A stretch of DNA of 64,000 nt from an uncultured Candidatus Saccharibacteria bacterium (GCA_964531785.1 CAZHFF010000001.1:293997-357996), one strand, 5' to 3'; shown: positions 36,598 to 45,695, counted from the first letter of the stretch. Numbers and translations: made by a program. Notes: generated by a model from the letters alone, not told the origin.

Positions 36598-36638
36598 AGA
36601 CACACAAAAACCTCCGGCACGGAGGTTTTTGTGTGTCT
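36598..36638 (+). terminator. 19-bp perfect hairpin after rpoC
   Basis: agacacacaaaaacctccg-gca-cggaggtttttgtgtgtct, 14 nt after the rpoC stop. Confidence 0.75.
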
Positions 36639-36663
36639 GCTGGCGGTCTCTCGCAACTGTCGG

Positions 36664-36669
36664 TATGCT
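36664..36669 (+). promoter_or_regulatory. -10-like TATGCT, 6 nt upstream of dnaG ATG
   Basis: cggTATGCTgtacctATG read directly. Confidence 0.35.
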
Positions 36670-36675
36670 GTACCT

Positions 36676-38397
36676 ATGACAGACCCGGTCATCGAGCAGA
36701 TCAAGGAGCGCCTCAGTATCGTCGATGTCGTGGGTCAGTACGTCAAGCTTACCAAAGCGGGCAAGAACTATAAGGGGCTTTCGCCCTTTAAGACGGAAAA
36801 GACACCTAGTTTCTTCGTGCAGCCCGATAAGGGCATGTACTATGACTTTTCCACAAACCAAGGAGGCGACATCTTCACCTTTGTTCAGGCGATGGATGGT
36901 CTCGATTTTCAGGGCGCCCTGCACCTGCTGGCGGAACGTGCCGGGGTGGTGCTCGCACGGGACAGTAAGGCACAGCGTGATGCGCGCACCCGCCTCTACG
37001 ACGCCTGTGAGGACGCGTGTCACCTTTTTGAAACAAAGCTCGAGGAATCGATCGAGGCGCGTGCGTACCTCCGCTCGCGCGGGGTAGAAGATGGTATACG
37101 TCGTCGGTTCCGTATCGGCCTGGCGAACGATGCGTGGCAGGACCTGTACGACTTTCTGCGTCAGAAAGGGTATACGGCCCACGAGCTTGAGCAGGCAGGT
37201 CTCGTAAAAAAAGGTGAGCGCGGGTCGTACTATGACCGCTTCCGCTCGCGCATCATGTTCCCGATACAAGACAGCGCCTCCCGTGTTGTTGCGTTCAGTG
37301 GTCGTATAACGGGGGTGGCCGCGGACGACAAAGAGAACGCGAAGTACCTGAATTCGCCGGAAACACCGCTCTTTGATAAGGGTAGGATACTGTACGGGTA
37401 TGACAAGGCAAAGAGCGCGATCCGCAAGTACGATTTTGCGATCCTGGTCGAAGGTCAGCTTGACCTTGTGTTGTCCCACCAGGCAGGGTTTTCGAACACG
37501 GTCGCGGTCTCCGGCACCGGACTCACCGAGCACCACGTCGAGCTCATACTGCGCCTCACCAAGAACCTGATCCTCGCGTTCGATGCGGATGATGCGGGAG
37601 TTCGTTCAAGCGGCAGAGCCGCTGTCCTATCGCTGCCGCGCGGTATGGACGTTAAGGTTGCCCGGATCCCGTTCGGCAAGGACCCGGCAGAATGCATAGC
37701 GCACGATCCTGAAACTTGGAAGAGCGCGGTGCGCTCTGCAGTACATGTCGTGGAGTTCTACCTTGGCGTGCTCGAGTCTGACGCAAAGAACCAGCGTGAA
37801 TACGGATTGAGGGTCCGGGATGTGGTCCTCCCGCTCGTGAAGAGCATACCGAGCGGTGTCGATCGGGCACATTTCGTTCGCCTCATTGCGAACCGGCTCG
37901 ACATGCCGGAAGGTGCCATTATCGAGGACCTCGCCCGCTTGCACGGGCCTGCATCCCCGGAACCCACACGTGATATGCACGCCGACACGGAACGCACGCC
38001 AGCCAAGGTGCCACTGTCTCGTGCTGAAAGCATCGAACGCACCGTTGCCGGGCTGCTCTTCTGGCAGGATAGGGCGGAGGATCCGGTGCTCGCAACCCAT
38101 CTGATCGAGCGAGAAGTCGCCCGCACGCGCATCGAACTTGCACCTATCCTCGCTCGTCATGCCGAACTTCGCGAGGTGCTCGCGCTCGAAACACAGCTCA
38201 TCTATGAAGATGGACGTGAACTGGAACAGGAGTTCGTGTTGCTCATGACCGAACTCGCTCGCGCACAGGCGCGCGAAGAGCTTGCTCAGATAACGAAGGA
38301 CCTCAAAACGGTCGAGGCACAGAACGACAATGGCGAAGCGGAGCGGCTGCTTGCACGCTTCACTGAAGTATCAAAGCGTCTTGAACAGCTTGCCTAA
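36676..38397 (+). CDS. dnaG: DNA primase DnaG (zinc-ribbon ligands absent)
   Basis: EKTPSFFV block, Toprim ILVEGQLDLV and FDADDAG. ATG 36676 lies inside track ORF 36211-38397. Confidence 0.85.
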   Translation: MTDPVIEQIKERLSIVDVVGQYVKLTKAGKNYKGLSPFKTEKTPSFFVQPDKGMYYDFSTNQGGDIFTFVQAMDGLDFQGALHLLAERAGVVLARDSKAQRDARTRLYDACEDACHLFETKLEESIEARAYLRSRGVEDGIRRRFRIGLANDAWQDLYDFLRQKGYTAHELEQAGLVKKGERGSYYDRFRSRIMFPIQDSASRVVAFSGRITGVAADDKENAKYLNSPETPLFDKGRILYGYDKAKSAIRKYDFAILVEGQLDLVLSHQAGFSNTVAVSGTGLTEHHVELILRLTKNLILAFDADDAGVRSSGRAAVLSLPRGMDVKVARIPFGKDPAECIAHDPETWKSAVRSAVHVVEFYLGVLESDAKNQREYGLRVRDVVLPLVKSIPSGVDRAHFVRLIANRLDMPEGAIIEDLARLHGPASPEPTRDMHADTERTPAKVPLSRAESIERTVAGLLFWQDRAEDPVLATHLIEREVARTRIELAPILARHAELREVLALETQLIYEDGRELEQEFVLLMTELARAQAREELAQITKDLKTVEAQNDNGEAERLLARFTEVSKRLEQLA

Positions 38398-38436
38398 AAG
38401 CCCCCTTTAAGGCATACTTGGGCAAACGCTGACAGC

Positions 38437-39819
38437 ATGGCAAAAGCCGCGCCAAAAAAGAAAACGCCGAGCAACAAGGTGCCTATGAAAACGGTTCGCC
38501 CCTCGCGGCAGCCGAGTGCTAAGGCAGCGGCGTCGGTCAAGAAATCTACTGCACGCTCGATCGTAAAAAAGCCAGCTGCTACAAAGAAACCGGTACAGGC
38601 ACCAAAACGCCTCACCGGTAAAGCGCTCAAGAAGGTCGTCAAAGGCGCAGCGCCAAAACGGCTGGTCAAGAAAGCAGTAGCGCCGAAGCGGCCGGCCTCA
38701 CAGCCTCCGGCGCGACCGCGCAAACCTGCTGCACCGGGCACGAAAGCCGATGCCCTTGAGCAGCGTGCCATGAAGCTCATGCAAAAGGGGCGCGAGCGTG
38801 GCTACGTCATCTATGATGAGATACTCCGCGAGTTTCCTAAGATCGAGGAGGACATTCTCTTTCTTGAAGAGATGTACGAGCGGTTCAACACGGCAGGCAT
38901 AGACATCATTGAGGGAGGTAACATCCTTTCGGACGACCCGATCGAAGAATTGCTCGACAAGAAGAACGCGTACAAGCGGTCCGATGGAGGTTATGATTCC
39001 ATACAGATGTACCTGAGGGAGATCGGTCAGTACCCGCTCCTAACGCCACCCGAGGAACGCTCGCTCGCAAAGCGCGTGATGGAGGGCGATGAAGAAGCAA
39101 AGAACCTGCTTGCACGCGCAAACCTACGACTCGTAGTTTCGATCGCAAAAAAATACATTGGACGATCACCGGACCTGACACTGCTCGACCTCATCCAGGA
39201 AGGCAACATTGGACTCTTCAAGGCCGTTGACAAGTTCGATTACACCAAGGGCTACAAGTTTTCGACCTATGCGACCTGGTGGATACGTCAGGCGATCACG
39301 CGTGCGCTTGCTGACCAGAGCCGGACCATACGTATACCGGTGCACATGGTCGAAACGATCGCTAAATACAAGCAGATCTACCGACGGTTGGCACAGGACC
39401 TGGGTCGTGATCCGGTCGCTGAAGAGATAGCGATCGAGATGGGGATCGAGGTCGATAAGATACACATGATCGAGAAGATAAACCAGGACACGGTCTCGCT
39501 CGAGAGTCCTGTGGGCGATGCGGATGATGATCGGTCCACGCTGGGTGATTTCATTAAGGACGAAACACTTGCGTCGCCTGACCAGGAGGTCGCACATCGC
39601 ATCCTTGCAGAGCAGATACATGCGATCCTTGACGACCTTTCACCGAAAGAGCGAAAGATCCTGGCGCTCAGGCACGGGCTTGAGGATGGCATATACCACA
39701 CGCTCGAAGAGGTCGGCAAGGAGTTCGGTGTGACAAGGGAGCGCATCCGTCAGATCGAGGCAAAAGCCATCGAAAAGATCCGTCACCACGAAAAGTCCAA
39801 GCAGCTCCGCAACTACTAG
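38437..39819 (+). CDS. rpoD: primary RNA polymerase sigma factor with polycationic N-terminal tail
   Basis: Region 2 [13 protein letters not shown], region 3, and region 4.2 [23 protein letters not shown]. The first roughly 100 aa are K/A/P-rich. Confidence 0.9.
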   Translation: MAKAAPKKKTPSNKVPMKTVRPSRQPSAKAAASVKKSTARSIVKKPAATKKPVQAPKRLTGKALKKVVKGAAPKRLVKKAVAPKRPASQPPARPRKPAAPGTKADALEQRAMKLMQKGRERGYVIYDEILREFPKIEEDILFLEEMYERFNTAGIDIIEGGNILSDDPIEELLDKKNAYKRSDGGYDSIQMYLREIGQYPLLTPPEERSLAKRVMEGDEEAKNLLARANLRLVVSIAKKYIGRSPDLTLLDLIQEGNIGLFKAVDKFDYTKGYKFSTYATWWIRQAITRALADQSRTIRIPVHMVETIAKYKQIYRRLAQDLGRDPVAEEIAIEMGIEVDKIHMIEKINQDTVSLESPVGDADDDRSTLGDFIKDETLASPDQEVAHRILAEQIHAILDDLSPKERKILALRHGLEDGIYHTLEEVGKEFGVTRERIRQIEAKAIEKIRHHEKSKQLRNY

Positions 39820-39848
39820 TACCGAGCACGCGTCTACCCAAGAACGCC

Positions 39849-39876
39849 TTGCCTTAGGCTGGTATGGGTGTAGAAT
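39849..39876 (+). promoter_or_regulatory. promoter TTGCCT-16-TAGAAT upstream of the CA-like gene pair
   Basis: Hexamers read directly. A 35-nt leader containing SD GAGGAG (39901-39906) follows. Confidence 0.5.
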
Positions 39877-39911
39877 CGAGCGCGGACCAAACAACTAGCT
39901 GAGGAGACCCC

Positions 39912-40682
39912 ATGGCTACAGCTATCGGTGTGTTTTGCATGGACGGGAGGACGTCACCGGCATCAGTTGGAGTGCAAGACCAACAAGAACTAGTGTGTTA
40001 TAGGCACGCCGGCGGCATGGTGCCGGCCGAACATATGATGAGGGCTGCGCACGATGCAGGGGCGACGCTTGTTGTTCTGACCTGGCACCACAGCGCAACC
40101 GAACAACATGGGCATTGTGCAGCACACTTGGGATGCGCGCGTACCGCGCGCGCGAAGTGCCTTGCGCTCGGGTACCAGCTTCGAAGACGTGCACCACAGC
40201 TCGATATCATTACAGCACGGATCGATACCGACACGGGGCTGCTCGAGTTCGATGAAGCATGGTTCCATCACACGCTCATGCGTGCCGAGAGCAGCGAGCT
40301 CATTGCCCGCATAGAGACGGCGAATGCACGGCATCTGCTGACGATTGAGCACGAGACTTGGGAAAGGAACCACAGCGAAACGGAGATCTATTATGGTCCC
40401 GCGGTCGGTCAAGCACCGATCGCCCACGGTGCAGCATTCGCAGTGACATCGGTCTCAGATGAGTCCGATCGACGAGCGCTCACTATGGCGCATAACATGC
40501 TTGCACACAGCGCGCAGATCGTCCGAGTATGTGTCGCTGTGCCGCTTAACGGTTCGCTTGACGCTGCGCGAGTGCAGGCACTCTACCATGCAAGAACCGT
40601 GCGTGCCTGCCTTTCGAACATTGATCTCAGACTGTGCGGCGTGACCGCGCAGCGCGAGTTAGTGGCACTTCCTTCCGAATAG
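39912..40682 (+). CDS. beta-carbonic-anhydrase-like protein, long divergent paralog
   Basis: VFCMDGR ... LVCYRHAGG ... HGHCAAH follows the CxDxR/HxxC layout. It shares a C-terminal block with the next ORF. SD GAGGAG lies 5 nt upstream of the ATG. The last roughly 130 aa are unassigned. Confidence 0.5.
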   Translation: MATAIGVFCMDGRTSPASVGVQDQQELVCYRHAGGMVPAEHMMRAAHDAGATLVVLTWHHSATEQHGHCAAHLGCARTARAKCLALGYQLRRRAPQLDIITARIDTDTGLLEFDEAWFHHTLMRAESSELIARIETANARHLLTIEHETWERNHSETEIYYGPAVGQAPIAHGAAFAVTSVSDESDRRALTMAHNMLAHSAQIVRVCVAVPLNGSLDAARVQALYHARTVRACLSNIDLRLCGVTAQRELVALPSE

Positions 40683-40687
40683 TGCTC

Positions 40688-40710
40688 CGGGCCGCTTACG
40701 ATGCGGCCCG
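40688..40710 (+). terminator. hairpin after the long CA-like gene
   Basis: cgggccgc-ttacgat-gcggcccg, 8 bp, 6 nt after the stop. Confidence 0.4.
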
Positions 40711-40801
40711 TTCACCGTATCCTAACTATCCACCAGTGTCGTTTGAACATTTGCTCGTTTAGGCGTATTATCCCCTAGTATTTATTCTTCGAGACACGTG
40801 T

Positions 40802-41230
40802 ATGTCTAAAATGATACTCATATCATGCTCCGATGGCCGGATAACCGGTGCCGCGGGGCGGGCGGGCAGGGTCGCTGCGGAGCACGACCTCACGTTCGGT
40901 GAGCGGGATGTCTACCGCATAAAGGTGCCCGGGCCGGATGGGTGTGTGATCGGTGTGCGGGGAGGTATCCACCAGGAAGCGCTCCGCGCGGATATCGGCC
41001 TGCTCCTTGAGAAGACAAAAGCGTCGCTCATTGCCATAGCCGGACACTGTGACTGTGCCGGCTACCCGGTGAGCGACCCGCGCCACCTTGACGACACGGT
41101 GACCGCGGCGCGGACGATCCATGCGTGGTACCCCGAGGTCGACGTTATGGCGCTCCTTGACCGTGCCCAAGACGATGGCACCTGGGCATACGAAGAAGCT
41201 GCATATTTTGCTGCGCAAAGCAAAGTGTAG
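40802..41230 (+). CDS. beta-carbonic-anhydrase-like protein, short paralog
   Basis: ISCSDGR, DVYRIKVPG and IAIAGHCDCAG match the beta-CA zinc-ligand and Asp-Arg dyad spacing; 142 aa. Confidence 0.55.
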   Translation: MSKMILISCSDGRITGAAGRAGRVAAEHDLTFGERDVYRIKVPGPDGCVIGVRGGIHQEALRADIGLLLEKTKASLIAIAGHCDCAGYPVSDPRHLDDTVTAARTIHAWYPEVDVMALLDRAQDDGTWAYEEAAYFAAQSKV

Positions 41231-41283
41231 TGCATTGTTGCTATAGGCCACTCATCATTATTTATTTGTTAGCTCGATTTTGT

Positions 41284-42672
41284 ATGTTCGCACGACTACG
41301 TCAGCATCCACTGTTCTGGATCGCCTCGCTCGCAGGGTTCGTACTCATGGTTCCAGAACTTGCTTTCCTTTCGGAAGAAGCAGGAGGGCATGGGGCAGGG
41401 GCCGCAACCATCTTTCTCATGATAGCGGTCGTGTTGATCGCCGCAAAGGTCGCCGGTCTGGTCGAGCGATTCGGACAGCCGAGCGTGCTCGGTGAGCTGC
41501 TGATCGGCGTCCTCCTCGGCAATCTCGCGCTGCTTTTTGGCATCAACCTCTTCGAAGGGATCAGGAGCAATGAGATCATGCTCTTCCTTGCAGAGCTCGG
41601 TGTGGTCGTGCTCCTGTTCCAGATAGGCCTTGAATCGAACATCAAGGACATGGCCAAGGTAGGCCTACCCGCATTCCTGGTGGCGACTATTGGTGTGATC
41701 GCGCCGTTCGGCCTTGGTACCTGGATCATCGGCCCACTGCTCTTGCCTGGCCTCGATTTCAACACCTACCTGTTCCTAGGCGCAGCACTTACCGCAACTT
41801 CGGTAGGCATTACCGCACGAGTGTTCAAGGACCTCGGCAAACTGCAGACCAAAGAATCGCAGATCGTTCTTGGAGCCGCGGTGATCGACGATATTCTCGG
41901 ACTCATCATCCTTGCAGTGGTCTCTGCAATCGTCACGATCGGCACCGTGACCGGGGGGACCGTCCTCTTCATCATCGGCAAAGCAGTTGCGTTCCTGGTC
42001 GCTGCGATCGTACTCGGCCAGTATGCCGCTCCGCACATCGGCAAATTCTTCTCGCGTATTCAGGAAGGGGTTGGCATGAAGTTCACCATCGCTTTCAGTA
42101 TCGGCTTGATCTTTGCCTATATCGCACAGCGGATCGGTCTCGCACCTATCGTCGGGGCGTTCGCGGCTGGTCTCATACTCGATTCGGTCACCTTCAAGAC
42201 GTTCAAGCGTGCTGAGGTCACCGAAGAGCTTGATGCTATCTGTGCGAGCTGTGATAAGGATACGCGACACAAGCTCGAGCACATCATCAAGGTACAGAGC
42301 CACAAGCATATCGAACATCTTATCGAGCCGATCGCGTTCGTCGTGGTACCCATCTTCTTTGTGCTCACCGGTATGTCGGTCGACCTTGGGACGCTCGCAG
42401 ACAGCACGATCGTGCTCACTGCGCTCGGTATCACGGTCGTCGCGTTCGTCGGGAAGCTTCTCGCAGGACTTGCTGCTGGTAAGGGTACCAATAAATGGAT
42501 CGTGGGATTCGGCATGGTACCACGTGGTGAGGTGGGCTTGATCTTCGCCACGATAGGTGCTGGGCTTGGTGTGGTCACGGGCAGCGTGTTCTCGGTGATC
42601 GTGATCATGGTGATACTCACCACGCTGCTCACACCACCAATACTCTCGACGCTTCTTAAGCGAGCCGGCTAG
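41284..42672 (+). CDS. cation:proton antiporter (CPA2-type, no KTN/RCK domain)
   Basis: A roughly 462-aa polytopic protein whose blocks LGELLIGVLLG, LAELGVVVLLFQIGLE and PRGEVGLIFA are typical of Kef/NapA-type exchangers. GTG 41230, overlapping the upstream stop, is an alternative start. Confidence 0.8.
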   Translation: MFARLRQHPLFWIASLAGFVLMVPELAFLSEEAGGHGAGAATIFLMIAVVLIAAKVAGLVERFGQPSVLGELLIGVLLGNLALLFGINLFEGIRSNEIMLFLAELGVVVLLFQIGLESNIKDMAKVGLPAFLVATIGVIAPFGLGTWIIGPLLLPGLDFNTYLFLGAALTATSVGITARVFKDLGKLQTKESQIVLGAAVIDDILGLIILAVVSAIVTIGTVTGGTVLFIIGKAVAFLVAAIVLGQYAAPHIGKFFSRIQEGVGMKFTIAFSIGLIFAYIAQRIGLAPIVGAFAAGLILDSVTFKTFKRAEVTEELDAICASCDKDTRHKLEHIIKVQSHKHIEHLIEPIAFVVVPIFFVLTGMSVDLGTLADSTIVLTALGITVVAFVGKLLAGLAAGKGTNKWIVGFGMVPRGEVGLIFATIGAGLGVVTGSVFSVIVIMVILTTLLTPPILSTLLKRAG

Positions 42673-42690
42673 GCTGCCGTGGCTCGCCTG

Positions 42691-42699
42691 TGCTACACT
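42691..42699 (+). promoter_or_regulatory. extended -10 box TGcTACACT, 6 nt upstream of helicase-nuclease ATG
   Basis: gTGCTACACTctgcgcATG read directly. Confidence 0.45.
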
Positions 42700-42705
42700 C
42701 TGCGC

Positions 42706-45681
42706 ATGGCGACCCGCGACGCGTTCGAAGCCGCATATGCACAACTGAATACGGCTCAACGTAAAGCTGTGGACACGATCGAGGGCCCAGTGATGGTGAT
42801 CGCGGGGCCGGGAACCGGGAAGACACAGATCCTCACGCTACGGATAGCGAACATCATGCGGCAGAGCGACGTCCCTGCTGACGCGATCCTTGCACTGACG
42901 TTCACGAACGCTGCTGCGGCGAACATGCGCAAGCGCCTGGTGTCGATCGTGGGCGCAGAAGGCTACCGAGTGTCGATCTTCACGTTCCATAGTTTTGCGA
43001 ACCACCTCATCGAGCAATACCCTGAACGGTTCGGCGCTATACCCGGGTTCACGAACATAAGCGAGGTTGAGCAGCTCGACGTCCTGCGGTCGCTCCTCGA
43101 CCAGGGGAGCTATGAGCGCATCAAACCGCTCGGTGACCCCTACCGGCGCGTGCGCGACCTGATCCAAGCGATCACGCACCTCAAGAAGGAAGGTATTGAC
43201 CCCGCCTCGTTCTCGGCCTGGGTAGAGCAGGAGATCACCGAGCTCGAGGCCCGTCCTGACCTGGTGCACGAGAAAGGTGCGCATGCCGGTAAGATCAAGG
43301 TGGTGCACCAGCGCTCGCTCCAGAGTCTCGAGGCGAACAGAGAAGTCGCGGAGCTCTACCGTCGCTACCAGGACGAGCTCGTGCGTCGGAAACGGTATGA
43401 TTTCGATGATGCGCTCCTTACGCTCATCAGCGCGCTTGAAAAGAGCGAGGATTTCCTGCGCGAGCTGCAAGAGGAGTACCAGTACTTCCTGGTCGACGAG
43501 CACCAGGATACCAACGGGGCACAGAACCGAATACTTGAGCTTCTGGTGACCTGGTTCGAAACGCCGAACCTGTTCGTGGTGGGTGACGAGAAGCAGGCTA
43601 TCTTTCGGTTCCAGGGAGCTTCGCTCGCGAATTTTCTCTACTTTAAAGAGCGGTTCCATGACGTTGTACAGATCACCCTGTCTGAGAACTACCGGTCACA
43701 TCAGGGTATACTCGATGCCTCGCACGAGCTCATACGACACGCTCGAGAGGGTATACCTGCACCGCTCGTGGCACGAACCGGCACGGTCGCACCTATCGAC
43801 GTGTACCGATTTCATGCTGATGATGAGGAACTGCTGTTCCTTGCCGAAACCGTGCGCACAAAGATCAACGAAGGTGTAGCTGCGCATGAGCTCTGCATAC
43901 TGTATCGGAACAACCGGGATGTGGAGCCGATCCGCGACTACTTCGAGCGATTGGGCATACCGTTCGTGGTCGAGAGCGGTCATGGGGTGCTCGACGACCC
44001 TGATATACGGAAGCTCAACACGCTGCTCGCAGCGCTTCGCGACCTAGATGACGATGATGCGGTCGCTCGCTCCCTGTTCATCGGTTTTTTGGGGATACCG
44101 GTTCCCGACGCATACACGCTGCTTCGCGAAGCGCGCACAAAGGACCTCCGCCTCTACCAGGTGCTCGCAAAAAGCGCAGAACTCGATCTGATCGATCGGT
44201 CGTCTTCGATCCGGCTCTATCGTGACCTCAGTGCATGGAAGGCCGCAGCAGAGAACGAGCCCTTCCTGCAGTTCTTCGAGCGGGTGGTGAACGAGTCCGG
44301 GCTCCTCACACACATCCAACGTTCTGTGTTCCATGTTGAAAAGTTCGATAAAGTGGTCCGTCTCTTTGATGAGCTCAAGGCACACGTGCTGCGCCAACCG
44401 TACTTTGCGCTTGCAGACTACCTTTCGTTCCTGACGATACTCAAAGAGCATAATCTGACGCTCGACGCGAAGCCTCGCAGGGTCCCGAATGCAGTACGCC
44501 TCATGACCGCACACAAGGCAAAAGGGCTCGAATTCGATGAGGTCTTCATTGTGAACGCGTATGATGGTCATTGGGGAGGCAAGCGTGCGCGTTCAGGGTT
44601 TCGTCTGCCGTACGCGAACGCCGACCAAAAGATCGAGCAGGATGATACGGAAGATGAGCGGCGTTTATTCTACGTTGCGCTCACACGTGCACGCAAACAT
44701 GTCCATATCAGCCTTGCGGTTATGGCGCCGGATGGAAAGGAGCGAGTACCGACACAGTTCATAGCAGAGATAGCGCCAGAGCTCATGCGCGAGCGTACCG
44801 CAGAAGACGTGGGTGTTGCCGGTAAACGGCCGCCGCTCTTCGTACCGAAACAGACGATCGCAGGTAGCGCCAAGTATGCCGCGTTCGTGCAGGCTGCGTT
44901 CGCGGAGCGCGGATTGTCGGCAACGGCGCTGAACAGCTATCTCGCGTGCCCTTGGAAATGGTTCTATGAACATTTTTTTCATACCCAGTTCGTGAAAGGC
45001 GTGCACCAGAAGCGCGGTACCGCAGTGCACGGTGCGCTGCAGGATTACTTCAACGCCCGCAACCATGATTCGCACGCACCCAAGGAACTGCTGCTTGCTC
45101 GGTTTTCGGAACGACTGCTTGCAGAGGATCTGGAGTCACAAGCCTTTGAGCGGGTGTTGCGTGACACCGGTGTGTCGCTCTCCGGGTGGTTCGACCTCTA
45201 CCAGAGCCAATGGCCGCTACGCAGCGTGAACGAGTTTCGAGTGAAGGGCGTGGTGCTCGAAGATGTGCTACTTACCGGAACGATCGACAAGCTCGAGTGC
45301 CTTGATGATCGTTGCAGCGCGGTCAATGTGGTGGACTACAAGACCGGTAAGCCAAAGAGCAGGAACGAGATCGAAGGCCTTACCAAAGCGAAGGGCGCTG
45401 GGGACTACAAACGACAGCTCGTGTTCTACAAGCTCTTGCTCGATACGTACGAGGGTGGAAAGTACCACATGGAAGAAGCAACGCTGGACTTTGTGGAGCC
45501 GAACGAATCAGGTGCGTACAAAAAAGAGTCGTTCATGATCACTGAACCTATGGTAGAGGAGCTTCGTGCAACGATACTGAAGGTCGCCAGCGAGATCCGC
45601 GGGCTCACGTTTTGGGACGAGCGGTGTGATGAGGTGCAGTGTGAGGCGTGTGCGCTCCGTGACCTTATGGACCATGAGTAA
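42706..45681 (+). CDS. UvrD/PcrA-type helicase fused to a PD-(D/E)XK nuclease with four-Cys (Fe-S type) signature
   Basis: Walker A AGPGTGKT, FLVDEHQDTN, YRS, and TAHKAKGLEF motifs. The C-terminal domain has GTIDKLE, VVDYKTGK and QLVFYKLL, plus Cys in LACPWKW and CDEVQCEAC. Confidence 0.85.
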   Translation: MATRDAFEAAYAQLNTAQRKAVDTIEGPVMVIAGPGTGKTQILTLRIANIMRQSDVPADAILALTFTNAAAANMRKRLVSIVGAEGYRVSIFTFHSFANHLIEQYPERFGAIPGFTNISEVEQLDVLRSLLDQGSYERIKPLGDPYRRVRDLIQAITHLKKEGIDPASFSAWVEQEITELEARPDLVHEKGAHAGKIKVVHQRSLQSLEANREVAELYRRYQDELVRRKRYDFDDALLTLISALEKSEDFLRELQEEYQYFLVDEHQDTNGAQNRILELLVTWFETPNLFVVGDEKQAIFRFQGASLANFLYFKERFHDVVQITLSENYRSHQGILDASHELIRHAREGIPAPLVARTGTVAPIDVYRFHADDEELLFLAETVRTKINEGVAAHELCILYRNNRDVEPIRDYFERLGIPFVVESGHGVLDDPDIRKLNTLLAALRDLDDDDAVARSLFIGFLGIPVPDAYTLLREARTKDLRLYQVLAKSAELDLIDRSSSIRLYRDLSAWKAAAENEPFLQFFERVVNESGLLTHIQRSVFHVEKFDKVVRLFDELKAHVLRQPYFALADYLSFLTILKEHNLTLDAKPRRVPNAVRLMTAHKAKGLEFDEVFIVNAYDGHWGGKRARSGFRLPYANADQKIEQDDTEDERRLFYVALTRARKHVHISLAVMAPDGKERVPTQFIAEIAPELMRERTAEDVGVAGKRPPLFVPKQTIAGSAKYAAFVQAAFAERGLSATALNSYLACPWKWFYEHFFHTQFVKGVHQKRGTAVHGALQDYFNARNHDSHAPKELLLARFSERLLAEDLESQAFERVLRDTGVSLSGWFDLYQSQWPLRSVNEFRVKGVVLEDVLLTGTIDKLECLDDRCSAVNVVDYKTGKPKSRNEIEGLTKAKGAGDYKRQLVFYKLLLDTYEGGKYHMEEATLDFVEPNESGAYKKESFMITEPMVEELRATILKVASEIRGLTFWDERCDEVQCEACALRDLMDHE

Positions 45682-45695
45682 CCAGCGAACTTGAT

